A stretch of DNA of 64,000 nucleotides, taken from assembly GCA_964187785.1 (NCBI GenBank), contig OZ076409.1:46440001-46504000 (forward strand), in the 5' to 3' direction. The notes under the pieces were generated by a model. The model had not been told where the DNA came from. It made no database searches and worked only from the letters and a program-made list of their open reading frames with translations. Positions 37,274-50,319 of the stretch are shown here, in pieces. The translations under genes were made by a program, and so were the position numbers. Origin of the DNA: Amphiscolops sp. MND2022 (taxonomy: Eukaryota). How positions within the stretch are numbered: position 1 is the stretch's first letter; the number at the start of each line of letters is the position of its first letter.

Positions 37274-37444
37274 CAGTGGAAGCCGCTTACATGGGACGCC
37301 TCGGGACCGGGCATTCTTGTCTACTATATCCATTGTTTCTTATATCAGTAGTACAATTGACCGGGACAGGTAGGCCAGGGGACCGAAATATGCAGGCCAA
37401 TTAAGCGTTCACTGATACGCGTCCCATTTAAGCGGCTTCCACTG
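37274..37444. mobile_element. Tc1/mariner (pogo-like) MITE
   Basis: TA-CAGTGGAAGCCGCTTA...TAAGCGGCTTCCACTG-TA. Confidence 0.9.
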
Positions 37445-37610
37445 TACTAGCAACGATACTAGCATAATTTTATACTGGAATCGGTTACCGGTCAACACTA
37501 CACACGAAAATTTCAAGGCTGACGTTTCAAAGAAATAACTATGGTCACATTTCATTGGAAAAAGAGCAAAACTGTAAACCCCTATAATTTAATCAGGTTC
37601 AAAAACTGAC

Positions 37611-37829
37611 CTGCACTCTGGGGCTTCCATTTGGAAACATCAACGTCTTGGAGCTTCATTTGATTAACTTCGGGTATACCAAGACAGAATTGAGGTATCC
37701 TTGAGAAACACAACAAAGGTTCCCAAATGTCTTCTGCCACCTCATGTCTGACTTCCATTGGAAAGCAATCCAGAAGTCTAGAAAAGCGCTCGGGAGTTGA
37801 CATGAGTAGAAGAGATATTTCAATATGAC
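37611..37829 (-). CDS. Coding exon of an unidentified host gene
   Basis: Acceptor TTTCCCTTTAACCAG and donor GCAG|GTCAGT; continues in frame from exon 38160-37913 (..LAEN-R-HIEISLLLMSTPERF..). Confidence 0.7.
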
Positions 37830-37912
37830 CTGGTTAAAGGGAAACAAAAGTTGAGAATTTAGTCAGTCAACACAACTGAAAATTTTACTGAAATATGATG
37901 AAAATTACTAAC

Positions 37913-38160
37913 GATTTTCGGCCAACAATTGATGAGATCCAACTCTAATTGGGAAATGAAAAAACGAGAGAAGTAGTGATAGCCATGTATAATCGTTCTT
38001 CTCGTCTTTCATGAGCTGGTCTGAGTTTCCCTCGGCCTCCTCGATTCTCCGACGGGCCTCGGTGCGGAAAGAGTCATCCCAACGCGACACAGGTGAGTTT
38101 CGCAGCCCCTGCATGTACCACTTCGCCAAGATTTCGGGCAATCCCCCTTCCATGCCCGTT
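37913..38160 (-). CDS. Coding exon of an unidentified host gene
   Basis: Acceptor CTAAATTGCAG and donor C|GTTAGT; 83-nt intron to the next exon with compatible phase; GC-richer open frame TGMEGGLPEILAKWYMQG... Confidence 0.7.
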
Positions 38161-38720
38161 CTGCAATTTAGTGAAAACGTAAATAGCCGGCTGCAACGTG
38201 CTGTAATATTATTATGGTTTTGAACTATGAGTAGGCCTGTAACCGATATTAGTAAAAATTATACTATACAATAGTGTAAGAAAAGAACTGAACTCTTATC
38301 TGTAAGAGATAATTTGGACTGCATGTAAACAAAGCTAACATTTTACATGGTGATTTCTTTCATTCTCTAGTTTACTCATTAATTTAAAGGGACTGGAAAT
38401 ACAAATTGAATGTTTAAGATAAAGGGTACAATCGCCTTAATCAGCAGATTCTCCAAATTAATTTCATCGACAAAAAATCTCAAATCGAAAACAATCCCCA
38501 ATCTTTGAGAAAAACAGATGCGTCTCTTGTATAGTAAATGAAACGAAATACTAGAAAACCCCTCGTGAAAAACTATATAATACGAATTATCCTGATGTAA
38601 AATAGTTGAATTTCTTCAGGAAATGAAGTAATGGCCAAATAAGCTAAAGTTACAAATTAGGTGTCAAATATTACAAATTTGTCTAAAATGATGTCCCATA
38701 TGCCAGTTCAGTAGTAAATA

Positions 38721-38873
38721 CAGTGGAAGCCGCTTACTTATGTGGGACGCCTCGGGGCCGGGTATTCCTGTCTACTATTATCCATAGTACAATCGACCGG
38801 GCCAAGAGACCGGAATATGCGTGCCAATTACGCGTCGTCTCATACGCGTGTCCCATTTAGGCAGCTTCCACTG
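38721..38873. mobile_element. Tc1/mariner (pogo-like) MITE, same family as 37274
   Basis: TA-CAGTGGAAGCCGC...GCAGCTTCCACTG-TA. Confidence 0.88.
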
Positions 38874-39913
38874 TACAATCAATGGAAAATGAAATAAGGA
38901 AGTTTCTCCATTATTAATTAGGTTACCGAGCCGTCCCGAGACACAAGGTTCAAATACCATATGTCGACATCGTTTGCGTTGAAATTTTGGTCAATAAAAT
39001 AATCGAATCGATTAAATCGACATAATCTTATCCATTACATTGATTGTCAGTTAAAGTTGCTCAGTAGATTTCATCACGGAGAAAAGTTGCGTTGAAATGG
39101 GGGGCCTTTTTAATACGATTTTAGCTTGTTCCAAGCGCGAATTTCTGCTATTTTGGACAATAATATCAAAAACTTGGGGTAATTTTTTTGCCTGAAGAGT
39201 CATAAGTTGTAGAAACAATCCTCTAAGTATTTACATTCTGATATCTAATTAGTGAAATATTTTTATTCAAGAACAAAATGTGCTTTCGCGTTGGGGGAAT
39301 TAGCAACAAGGTGTACCTAGGGGGGATAGAACACATGGTCCTGTTTATTCTTTTGATTTTCAAATAACTTGGATGATAGAAATCAGAGCTAGTCCAAGTT
39401 TTTTTACAAATAGAGGTTCAGTTTATTTCTCACACTATTGTAACCGATACAACGTATTTACTAGCTAGTATAATGATTTTGATGCTGAATATTTCTCAGA
39501 AATATCACATTAACTTTAATGAAATGTTTATCTTTTCTATTTCTCGGAAATACAAATAGACGTATACCAACGAAAAACATCATTTGTCTCAGAAGTCACT
39601 CTAAGGCAACAATGTTTTGTGATGGCATCACAAGGCCTTCCAATGCTTTGCATCACTTATAAGACAACCTATTGAATTGACTGAAACAAACTATAAATTA
39701 CCTTTGACAAGGGAAAGCAAAGCAAATATTGCCGAAACACTATGGCGTGAAAATATCGAAAAAGCCGCCATGAACGATTGAATATGACACTCAGAAGTTC
39801 AGCGAAAGTTCTAGCATCCACAATCCAATATATATATTCTGCCACTTTCTGCCAACGGCTACTAGGTGCAGGCGAAAGTATTTTCAATACAACGCTAATG
39901 AAAAAAATGGGTT

Positions 39914-40107
39914 TGTTAACGATTACGAACTTAAGTGAAAGAAGAGAATTCGGTAACAACTGCGAATTAGTACGGAATCTGATGTTATGGCAGTTGATGT
40001 TAATTTGCCACTTTGGCTAAGTTTGGCAGGTTGTTATTACGTAATTTAATTATTTTCGCACTTCTGTTTTCTCAGCAATTAAGTTCAGTATTCTAGACTC
40101 TACTACA
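39914..40107 (-). repeat. Gypsy 3' LTR
   Basis: Matches 51112-51309; TG..CA ends. Confidence 0.93.
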
Positions 40108-40310
40108 CTTCCCTCTTTGATTGGTTAAGTATGGGGGGTTGTTATGACTTCCAATTAGTTATCAATTTACTTCGCGGATTTGGTTTGGGTCATGATTGGT
40201 TTCTGTTTTAGCCAATAAGCTCATAGTAATACGTCACAGTGTTACTCAGTGATTAACTTTAATAAATACAATAACAATAATAACTAAAATCATCAGTTGT
40301 GTTTCTACAA

Positions 40311-41002
40311 GGCGACGTATAACCAGGTCGAAAAAGTTTGGTCGAAAAAACTGAGGTCGAAACTGGTCGAAAAATAATTGGGTCGAAATTGAATATGTAG
40401 CATTTTTTGATCGAACGATTAAGGTCGAACTGCTTTTCAAGATAGAATTTAGTCGAAAAAATTAACCAACAATCTTATTTAATCTAATTTCAGGTTTGGT
40501 TATGGGTGACCGCGGTCGTGAACACATCAAATGGCAGAGACTTTTAGTTTATATAATGTGTGGCATATGCGATGTATGCACGCTCGCCCTCACCGTCGCA
40601 AAGACCAGCTCCCACTACGATCGCTTCGCGATCTCCGTTCCCGCTAGGTCTTTGCTCCTGTTCGACCTCGCTTAGCAAGATGGGAATATAAGCGGCCCCA
40701 AGGGGCCGCGGGGCATTAGAGGAAATGGGGACATATCCGAGGCACGTTTTGTACTAAAAAAACCGCGTTAAAGTTCGTCCATTCTGCAAAAAATCGCATT
40801 TCTGAACGTTTTGACATTTTTTGAGCAATTCTGACCACTTTCTAGTTGTTCGACGCTTTTCCTATTTTTCTATTCGGTATAGGTCCGTTTTTTGCAAACT
40901 TTCGACCATTTTCTTCGATCATTTTACTTCGATCAATTTCGTTCGATCACAGTTTCGCCCTTGCAATTCGACCGGATTATTTCGACCCGTTTCGTGTCAC
41001 CC
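40311..41002. mobile_element. Mutator-like foldback MITE (GGTCGAA arms, core Y)
   Basis: GGCGAC..GTCACCC ends; arms of GGTCGAA / TTCGACC; 9-bp TSD TTTCTACAA (40302-40310, 41003-41011). Confidence 0.8.
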
Positions 41003-41068
41003 TTTCTACAACACAAATGTAACAAACGTAAGACAACGTACAGGGTACTGGTGGGGTTAATTCAATTG

Positions 41069-41975
41069 GGGTGGGCGGAAGTAGGTCGAAGGAACGGGAT
41101 CGAAAATCAGTGTTAGTCCTGAGGTCGACATACCAAATTTTTTGAATGGGATCGAAACAACTCGGATCGAAATTTTTATAACGTAGTCAGATATGTTCAC
41201 ATACCCCTAGTGCCCTGAATGCAGGAGCGAAGCGAAGCGGAGCGACGTGCCATATGGCCATGCCTCAATGTTGCTACTTGGCGAAGGGAGCGAAACGACC
41301 GAGCCATACAACAAAAGGTTACCAGTCACTTGGCTTAATACCATTTGGCTTAATTTTTTCGTCGAGTCATTTGGCTTAAAAATTTTTAAGTCAAGTGACC
41401 ACAAAATTAAGCCAACTCCATTCTAACTCAAGGAATAAATATGTCAACTCCCGGAAAGATCATAATGTCGGGCATATGCGGTGTATGCACGCTCGCCCTC
41501 ACCGTCGCAAAGACCAGCTCCCTCTACGATCACTTCGCGATCTTCGTTCCCGCTAGGTCTTTGCTCCTGTTCGACCTTGCTTAGCAAGATGGGAACATAG
41601 GCAGCCCCAAGGAGCCGCAGGGCACTAGAGGTAGAGGAAATGGGGACATATCCGAGGGGTACTTCATATGACATGTTATAATAGTACGCTGACTACGTTA
41701 TAAAGATAAATTTGTGTTTTCAACTAAGTGGTTTCAAGTCAAATGTCTTTAAGCCAAGTGACCAATACCCGAGACACTTAGCTTTAAAAAATTAGGCCAA
41801 GAGACCAATTGTATTAAGCCAAATGACTTTAAGCCAAATGGCACTAAGCCAAGTGACCATTTACCCAACAAATACGATAAAATTCGACCGCATTCCGTTC
41901 GATCCCTGCAATTCGATCAAAAAGTTCGACCTCTGTCCTTTCGATCAGAAAAATTCGACCTATTTACAGCCACCC
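41069..41975. mobile_element. Mutator-like foldback MITE (GGTCGAA/GATCGAA arms, core X)
   Basis: GGGTGG..CCACCC ends; 9-bp TSD ATTCAATTG (41060-41068, 41976-41984). Confidence 0.8.
41317..41866. mobile_element. Foldback MITE (CACTTGGCTTAA arms, core Y) nested in the previous element
   Basis: GTCACTTGGCTTAA repeats on the left and TAAGCCAAGTGAC repeats on the right; imperfect duplication CAACAAA(A/T). Confidence 0.7.
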
Positions 41976-42069
41976 ATTCAATTGGAGTGGTTAGTACCGG
42001 GGTTTTGTATTAACTCAACAATTTTTAATAGCAACAGAACAATGTTTTGTATTGTTTATCTATTCTTGT

Positions 42070-45000
42070 CTATTTGGTTTCGGGTGGTGCTATTTCAAAG
42101 ACTCTTGGGAGACGCTCTTCGGCACTGGATTCTGGTTCCACTTTAGTCACCATTATGTTGTTACCCAGCCAGATTGGTTTTTTGGGTTTCTTGTTGAGCT
42201 TCGAGTTGGTTTTTTCTCCTTTTTCCCATTTTACGTTTCCTTTTATGCGTATCTTCTTTGTTTCTTGTTTGTCCATCGTTTCTTTTCTTTCTGGTTCTTC
42301 ATCTATTTCGGTTTTTGACTCTTTGATTTGGATTGGTTGCTCGGGGTTTTCTTCTCTTTCGGCTGCTTCTTGTGTGATGTTTTCTTCTTCTGATTGTTGT
42401 TCTATCTGTGGCGTTTTTGGAATTTGTCCCATTTCAGAGCTGCTTGTCGATTCCCGCCAAAATGGTTGTTCTGGCTTTGCTGGCCTTTCTTGGATTTTTG
42501 ACTTCTTTTTGACAGTTTTCTTCTTGGCGGAGTTTGCACCTTGTCCCAATTTGGCCACATCGCGCTTTGAATAGATTGTTTGTTTACCTGATTTGAGTAA
42601 CACCGTTATGGTATTTTCGCTTTGATTGATTATTTGGCCTTTTATCTTTTTGAAGTTTCCTTCAAGTTTCGTCCCCTTTACCCTTTCTCGAACGAGATTT
42701 GTTGAGTCGGCCTCCTCACTGAAGTCTTCCGGCTCGATCTGAAGTTGAGGATCTTTCTCTGAAAAACACTTTCTGATCATAGCCGACTTTAGTGCGTTCG
42801 GTTTTTTACCCATTTGTCTTTCATAAACCGATGTATTGTCTACCCCTTTTTCAGTTCTCAGTGCAAATAGTATTGTAAACCCGATGTACCTTTTTGAACT
42901 ACTATTTTTCTATTTGTTCTAAGTCTTTCGTTCAATGTTCTGATCATTCTTCTACCTTCCCATCACCCCGATGGTCTCGAATGGGGAAGATTATGTGTTG
43001 AATAAATCTTTCTTTACAAAGTTGCTGAAATTTTTCTCCCTTGAACACTGCCCTGGATCTGTTCTAATCCTTTTTGGGATTCCTTTAGTTGCTATATATT
43101 CTAGTAAAAATTCTACAACTTTATCTGCCGATGGGTTAGGTAAAACATTGCAGCTGGCCATCCTGAGCTATTATCTACTGAAACTAGCAAATATTTCTTC
43201 TGTTTGTATGCATTTTGAAATGGTCCTGCGAAATCTAATGAAATTTCATCATTTGGACTTTTTGCTTCAGGTAATTTTCCAAATTTGTTTTGACTATTTA
43301 TACATTTAAGGTTCTTACCTGCTTTTTGGCATTCGGTGCAGTTTCTTGCCATTTCTACAATCTCACGGTGGATCCTGGGCCACCACACGTCGGATGCCTC
43401 CCGTAACATGGCATCTCTGCCGGCGTGCCCGAAGTGTATGGCCCTTAGTACGTTTTCACGCATGCCTTTGGGGATTACCAGCCGTTGATCCATGTATAAT
43501 AAATTTTTCGAGTCCAGTGTCAACTGTCAACACACTCGCGTTCACGCTTGGGTTTCTTTTGCCTTCAATCTTAATTCTGATTGGTTCATTTTTATTGGCC
43601 AATTTTCTACTCGATGGCGGAACGATTTCGTCTACTACGTTTATTGTCAACCAGCTATTGAACATTTCTTCCGCTTTTACTGTTGATCCACAATATTCGG
43701 AAGGGTGTCGTGAAAGGTAATCGGCTAAGCCTATTGTTCTACCCGGTGCGTGTATTACTGAAAAATCAAATGGAAGTCGTCTGTCTACCTACCTGGTTAA
43801 CCTGCTTGAGAAAGTTTTGTTTCCTTTATTCGCTTTTAGTACACTCTGTAAGGCTTCGTGGTCTGACACTACTCCGAACTTTTCACCGTAGACGTAATTT
43901 TCAAAATGTTCAATTGCCCAAACTACTGCGAGTAGTTCTAATTCGTTAATTGAGTACTTCGCTTCAAGTTCCGTTAAAAACCTTGATGCGTACGAAATTG
44001 GCTTCCAGCCCATGTCTTCTTTTTTGTTGAAGGACCGCTCCTAGCTCTTGTTTACTCGCATCGCAGATTATTCGCAGTGGTTTTTTCTTTTTGAATTGTG
44101 TTAGTTCTGCAACTTTTTTCACTTCTTCATTTACTTTTTTGAACGCCGATTCATGCTCTTCGTTCCAATTCCATTCTGCGTCTCTTTTTGAAATTGATCT
44201 GAAGGGAAAACAAATAGTAGCTAAGTTTGGAACAAATCTGTTAAATTGATTTACCGCACCCAAAAATGACCTCAGTTCTTTCAAATTGGTTGGTCTGAGT
44301 TTATCGGAAATCCCTGGTACCTTTGTGTTAATTGGCGAAATGCCTGAGCTTTTCAGTTTGAACCCCAACCACTCTATTTCTTGTTTTGCAAAATTGCATT
44401 TTCCCGCCTTTAATTGTAATTTCGCTTCATTCAATGCTTTTAGTATTTCCCGCACTTTATCTAAATGTTAACTCTTGGTTCCCTTGGTTACTATTAAAAT
44501 GTCGCCAATAAAAACAAATACTTCTCTAAATTTAGCTAATAGTAAATCCACTACTTTTTGAATTTCTGTCGGCATAACCGTCAGACCGTAAAAACCTGTT
44601 ACAAATCTATATGTTCCAGTGGATTCGCCTCCAATAGTTTAAAAAGTGCAGTGTTTGGCTGTTAATGGGTGTAAAGGGACTTGACCGTATGCATAGGTCA
44701 TATCTACAGACGAGTACCATGCCTCTCCGTTTTCATTATCGAGTTTTTCTGCTACCATATCTAGTAAATTGTCTAGATTTGGCATCTGGTATTTATCTTT
44801 ATCAATCGCTTGGTTTAGCGCTCTAGCGTCTAATGCAATTTTCACTGAACGGTCTTTTTTTACCGTTATTACCGTTGGTTGTATAATAAAGATATCATCT
44901 TTAAATTCGGCTATTTTCTCGATATGACCGTCTTTCAGTAATCGTTTTATTTCCGCGTCTACCGCATTTTGTAGTTGTATTGGAATTCGCCTTCCTTTTT

Positions 45001-45669
45001 GATGAGAAATTTTTGCGTCTGATTTCAGATTGATTTTTACTTGGTGACTTTTTATTCTACTGTTTTTTTGAACAAATCTGGAAATTCATTACTTAGTTGC
45101 TTTGCTTCTGCACTTAGTTCATCTTTTTCTACTGAACTAACTTCCTACTCACCTTCATTCACTGGTGTAAATCTGTATCTCAACGTAGAGAGCCACTCTC
45201 GACCGATAATGGACTTTGTTCCCTTTTTGGCAATTAGAATTCTCGCCTTCTTAATGTACTGATTGCCGACTTGTAGTTCGCAGTTTCCATTAAAATCCAC
45301 ATACTTCTCTCATTCTATCATATCGCGCACGGGAAGGGTTTCTCTTTTCATGATCTGCTTTATTTCATCCAGCGCAAAATTTGTGACATGTGATCCTAAA
45401 TCGATCATTGTTTTGAATTTGTTTCCATTGATGAATCCTTCCATGTAATATGGTTTCGTGTTTTCGTCTCCTTCTACATTTAGAAGCATTATGTTTTCAT
45501 CGACTTCATCCTCCTGGTCGACTAATTGTACACGGCGGTTTGTTTGCTCACTGCTGCCATTTAGCTTGAATTTGCCATTTTGTTGAAGTTTGTCTTTCTT
45601 CTTTTGCAGACTTTATCCAAATATCCTTTTCTGCCACAGTAATTACACATCGTATTTGGCCCTTTGCAG
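42070..45669 (-). pseudogene. pol: Gypsy gag C-terminus and pol (PR, RT, RNase H, integrase, long charged tail), disrupted
   Basis: CNYCGRKG knuckle; KIALDARALN; SVDMTYAYGQV; FIGDIL (decayed xxDD); CDASK..LGAVL; YSINELELLAV; HFGHAG..CTEC; SLDFAGP. Many frameshifts and stops. Confidence 0.92.
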
Positions 45670-48600
45670 TGTAAGAAACAATAACTCTGATTCAGATAAT
45701 ATATTGAAGCCCTACCAAACTCATATCACTGAAACAGGTCTTAAATATATAAAATAAAAGATCAACAATCTCACGTATTTTGAAACAATAAATAGATAAT
45801 TTTATTTTTCCAGAAGCGTGAACTGACTAGTTGCTACATTATGGTGAGTCACAGCTACATAGGCGTGGCAATTGTGCTGCTCGCGTATGGCGGTGGTTTC
45901 AATGGCAATCACGTGTGTTTAATCGCACATGTACACATGACCAAGCGTGGTCTATAGGTTCAGGTAAGGGAATCAAGGCAAGCACTTAAAATGAATAAAT
46001 TACCAGCGCCATGACGTCACGTCTTTCTCTGAAGTTCACAGCGGTATGACGTCACGTATACAATCATAGCTCCACAAGTAAATGGCCATTTCGGATCGCG
46101 TTTGCCAGTTCTTGTGGCGGCGATCGCGGCCGTTTGGTCAGGCAATCTGCCAATTGGTTCCTTGTTTCTATCCATTTCAATTTCAGCGTTCCTGGTCCAG
46201 AATCTTCATTGACCAAACTACGTAAAGATCCAATATCCACTCTCAGACGTTTGTCTAGATTATTTTTCGTACTTTTAACGGAATCGATCAATCTCTTGTT
46301 ATCTGTAAAAGCAATCTGCGGAAATTGTGTATTTAGGAGTTCTTTAAAAAAGTTGAAAAATAAGGAATCCAGTGTCTATTCCTTCAATACGTGCCATTGT
46401 CTCTGCTGATAAAGTACTACGAACAACGTGGCGTAACTTTCGTGACTGCCAGGAGATTATTGAAGCATAATTTGTGATACTTTCACAAAGAAAAACAATA
46501 TGTCCCCCTTGTGTCGATCCATCTGCACAATTTGCGAGTGAAGCGTCCGAAAAGGTGACAATCGCCCAGTTTGCAATATCTCCGAGATTCGGAAAGAATA
46601 GTTCGATGCCTCCGCTGTGTTTAATCTTCCGAATCAACTTCTTTAACCGGATAAGGTCGCTTAAAGTGCTACTGGGGACAATGCTCAGGAAAGAAGAAAC
46701 ATCAAAGCAGATCATTGGTGACGCCTGATTGGACAACCACTGGAATTGCCCTAGAACTCTTCGCATCTCCGCATGTTCATCAATCGTAGTGGATCGATGT
46801 TTTCCTTGTGTAGATTGCTCAATGTGGATTTCTTCAAGCTTATCGACATAATTAGATAGTGATACATGTATTCCGTCCAAGTAATGTCGAATATCGAGTC
46901 CCAAAAATCTACAACGAATACCCTGTCTTTTCCCGATAGTAAAAGTTCGTGATAACTTCTCGACCACGCTTGTAAAGAAACTGGTCGTTCCACATGTCCA
47001 AAAATCGTCTACGTGTATACCAATTATCCCCCTGAGTATATCATCTACTTTATAGAAAAATAACGATTGATCCAGCGTGGAAATAGTGCAATTTAGAGCC
47101 AATAATTCAGTTTTAACTCTTTCATACCACAATCGTGATGCGTCATTCAGGCCGTATACTCCTTTATTCAATTTCCACAAGTTTCCACCTGCTGCCACAT
47201 CTTTCGGAGGTAGAAGAAAAGTATTTCGTTTCAATAACTGGCCTTGCAAAAAGGCTGTTCTGACGTCCAGAAATTCTACTTTCCACGAGGGCCGCGAAGC
47301 AATAATTGACAAAACTGCCCTGTCTCTTTTGACACCGTTGGTGAATCGGTGGTCAAATTCTTGGCATTTTCCTGACAACCGCGTGCTACCAATCGAGCTT
47401 TTAGGCGTCCATCATCCTTATTTGTCAAAACTCACCTGGAGCTTACATAACGCTGTCCTTCGTTTGGTACACTGGTATACACCTCATTAACGCGCCAGTT
47501 TTCTACTTCTTCCAGTTTGCGTCTAAAAACGGGTCATGGGCAGCTACTAACGCGTGATCACTTGTTTCATGTTTTGATCACTCGGTCACTTCGTTTTCAA
47601 AATCTATGGCACCAAGAGACCCTGCAACGCTGTCTGGCAAAATGTATTGCAGATTTAACCAATTTTTATGTTTTTCAGTGGCTTTTCCTGCCCTTCCGAG
47701 CATTTTTGCAATAAATTCGTCCCCAGAATCGTATTTCGTCGCGGTTTTAAATTTGATTTGCTCGTGTTTTGAGGGAAGAGCAGCAGAATGAGCATTATTC
47801 CCGTCTGATGACTCAATTGCTGGGGTAACAGTGATTTCTTTGCTCGCAACGGGTACATCGTCGTCTTCTGACCCAACAGAAACAGCATCTTGGTCGAATC
47901 TAGGCTGTACACTCGCATCCGAGGAAGGTTTTGCCAGCGAGTCAATTTCTTGAATTTGATCATTCGGAGGTTCTGGATCGTTCTGATAATGACATTTCCG
48001 TAACGAATGATTGTGTACACGTGATATAAGACCACCATTACGTACTATCAAGATTTGACCGTCCATGCCGATAATTTTTCCAGGACTGCGCCATTTTTCT
48101 TCGTTCTGCCGTTTATAATAAACAAAATCACCAATGTCGAATGGACCATCTGATGACCGAACGTTAGCTCGCAGAGCCCGTTTGATACGTGATGATCCCT
48201 CGGCTTTAAGAAACTCAGCTCGTGACTTGTTTAAAAGGCTCAGATGACGACTTATGACTTCTATTGTTGCCAAATTCTTGGTTGCTGGAACTTGGCAATC
48301 TACAACGCTTGGTAACCGAGGGTTTTGTCCGAAAACCAACTGGTGTGGTGTGAACCCCTCCTGGTTGTAAAGCGAGTTTTTAGCATAACAACAGTATTTG
48401 ATCAATGTTGCCTCAACCATAGTACAATCGTCGTCTTGGCGTAGTTTCAAGAACCTTTCTGTCAGTATGGCGTTATGGCGTTAGACCCGTTAGACCAGGG
48501 TCTTTCTGCACCGCTTGTTTTAACAAAAATTCCGTAATTTTCGGCCAAAGAGCGGAAGTGCTGATTATCAAACTCTCCTCCATTATCTGTTAGTGTAGCC

Positions 48601-50319
48601 AGGGGAACTCCGAAAACACTTATCCATTCCTCTAGGAAGGCAATAAGAACTGTATTGGAATTCTTGTCATAAATTATACGTGCTCAGCTGAAACGACTGA
48701 ATAAATCAATGAAATGAATATAGTATTTTCCCACAGAAATTTGATGTAGATCCATGGCAACTTCATTGAAAGTTGTCGCCAGTGGTAGTCCAACAACAGG
48801 GCGATTTTTCGGGCGACCGTATAAGGGGCAAATCTGACATTTGGCAATGGCCTTTTCCAGTTTTCTTCCTGGAAGATCGTGACCCGCTTGTGATAACAAC
48901 GACTTTAATTTGTCCGTGTGACAGTGTGCAAACTGTTTGTGCAGTTTCAAAATTTCTTTCTCGGCTAATTCTTCGTTCTTCATGAACAAAACATTCGGAT
49001 TATTTGGATTATCCCCACGTGATTCCAGATTAATAGCAAGATGGCCCGATGATAAAATCTTGAGCCTGACTTTCTCAGAATGATCTGCAATTGAAACAGA
49101 GCTATGTTTCATGTCTATCTCTGCCCCCATCAAATTCAGAGAGCGCAAACTGATCAAACAGGGTAATGATCCGTCGATTACATGGACAGCCAAATAACAA
49201 GCCATATTGCCAATTTGTACAAGAATATTGACCCGTTTCGTAGCGAAAACCTTTTGCCCATCCCCAAAGACAACAGAAACGTTCCGTACGCTATGATTTG
49301 TAACCTGCAGGTGGGTTGGTAATTTGCTAATGAAGTGTTCCATCCATTTTGATCCTGCAATGGTCAGAGTACAACCCGTATCGACAATTCCGTGACCATA
49401 CGAGTCAGACAATAGCATCTTTGATACAGTAGCAAAAGTAAAAAAAAACTCCACTTGGCTCGTCACTTTTGGAGATTTCTGGACAATCTTTCTTCCAGTG
49501 ATATCTTGAACCACATTGAGAGCATGTAGTAATATAGCCCGCATTGTTGGGCGGATTGGTGCCTCCACGTCCACGACCACCTCGCTTGAATCCACGATAG
49601 TTCCCACGATTGTGACCTCTGTACTTTCCTCTATTAGTCCGGAAGGCTACTCCTTCATCTTGAGCATTTTCGGCTTCTAATGCCTCGATACTGAGGTCAA
49701 CCATGAGTACAGGCTCCGATTTCACTGCTCAAGCAGACATTTCTGCATCACGCTTTTTCGTGTGATCATTTCCAAAGATGCGCCGTAGGGAGCTTTTCAT
49801 CGATTCAAATTCTAATTCTGTCGTGGCCGATAAAGCAATTTGGCGTTCCTGCTTATCAAGATTGGCACAATAAAGTAATTTACATGCTAGGACTTCTTTT
49901 GGTAATTTAAATTCAAACTTAACAAGCTCCGCGTTCCTTTTGTCGAATTCATGAATATAATCGGTCATTGACAGCTCGCCTTGGTTGATTGTTTCAAATT
50001 TGACATATGCATCATAAATTTGGTCCGTTTTATTGCGTCCAAACGTGTCGTTTAATTTGGTTGTGAGCACAGTCATTCCGGTATAAGCATCCAGCTCTTC
50101 ACTCTTTATACCAAGAGCTACCTCCCGTTTTCTTCCGGTCAATGTGAGCGTCACTTTCGAACGATTTGTTGTCCTCCCATTGAGGTGGGGTTTTGAAGCT
50201 GCTCGTCATCCTGCTACCATGTAAGAAACAATAATTCTGAGTCAGATAATATATTGAAGCCCCACAAAACCCATATCACTGAAATAGGTATTAATTATAT
50301 AAAATACAACAGAACAACA
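45670..50319 (-). mobile_element. Ty1/Copia LTR retrotransposon (GalEa-like) nested in the Gypsy gag
   Basis: LTRs 50220-50319 and 45670-45767; TSD TGCAG (45665-45669, 50320-50324); iMet-type PBS TGGTAGCAG; domain order Gag-PR-IN-RT-RH. Confidence 0.95.
46064..50209 (-). pseudogene. Copia gag-pol polyprotein, frameshifted
   Basis: MTSSFKTPPQW; CSQCGSRYHWKKDCP; GIVDTGC; KLHKQFAH..CQIC; VAMDLH; DNGGEF; LDVRTAFLQG; HVDDF; FSDAS; NQLADCLTK. Confidence 0.92.

Noticed and set aside
42047..42574. Hydrophobic plus-strand ORF resembling a membrane or env protein
   Set aside because: Antisense shadow of the K/E-rich Gypsy pol tail.
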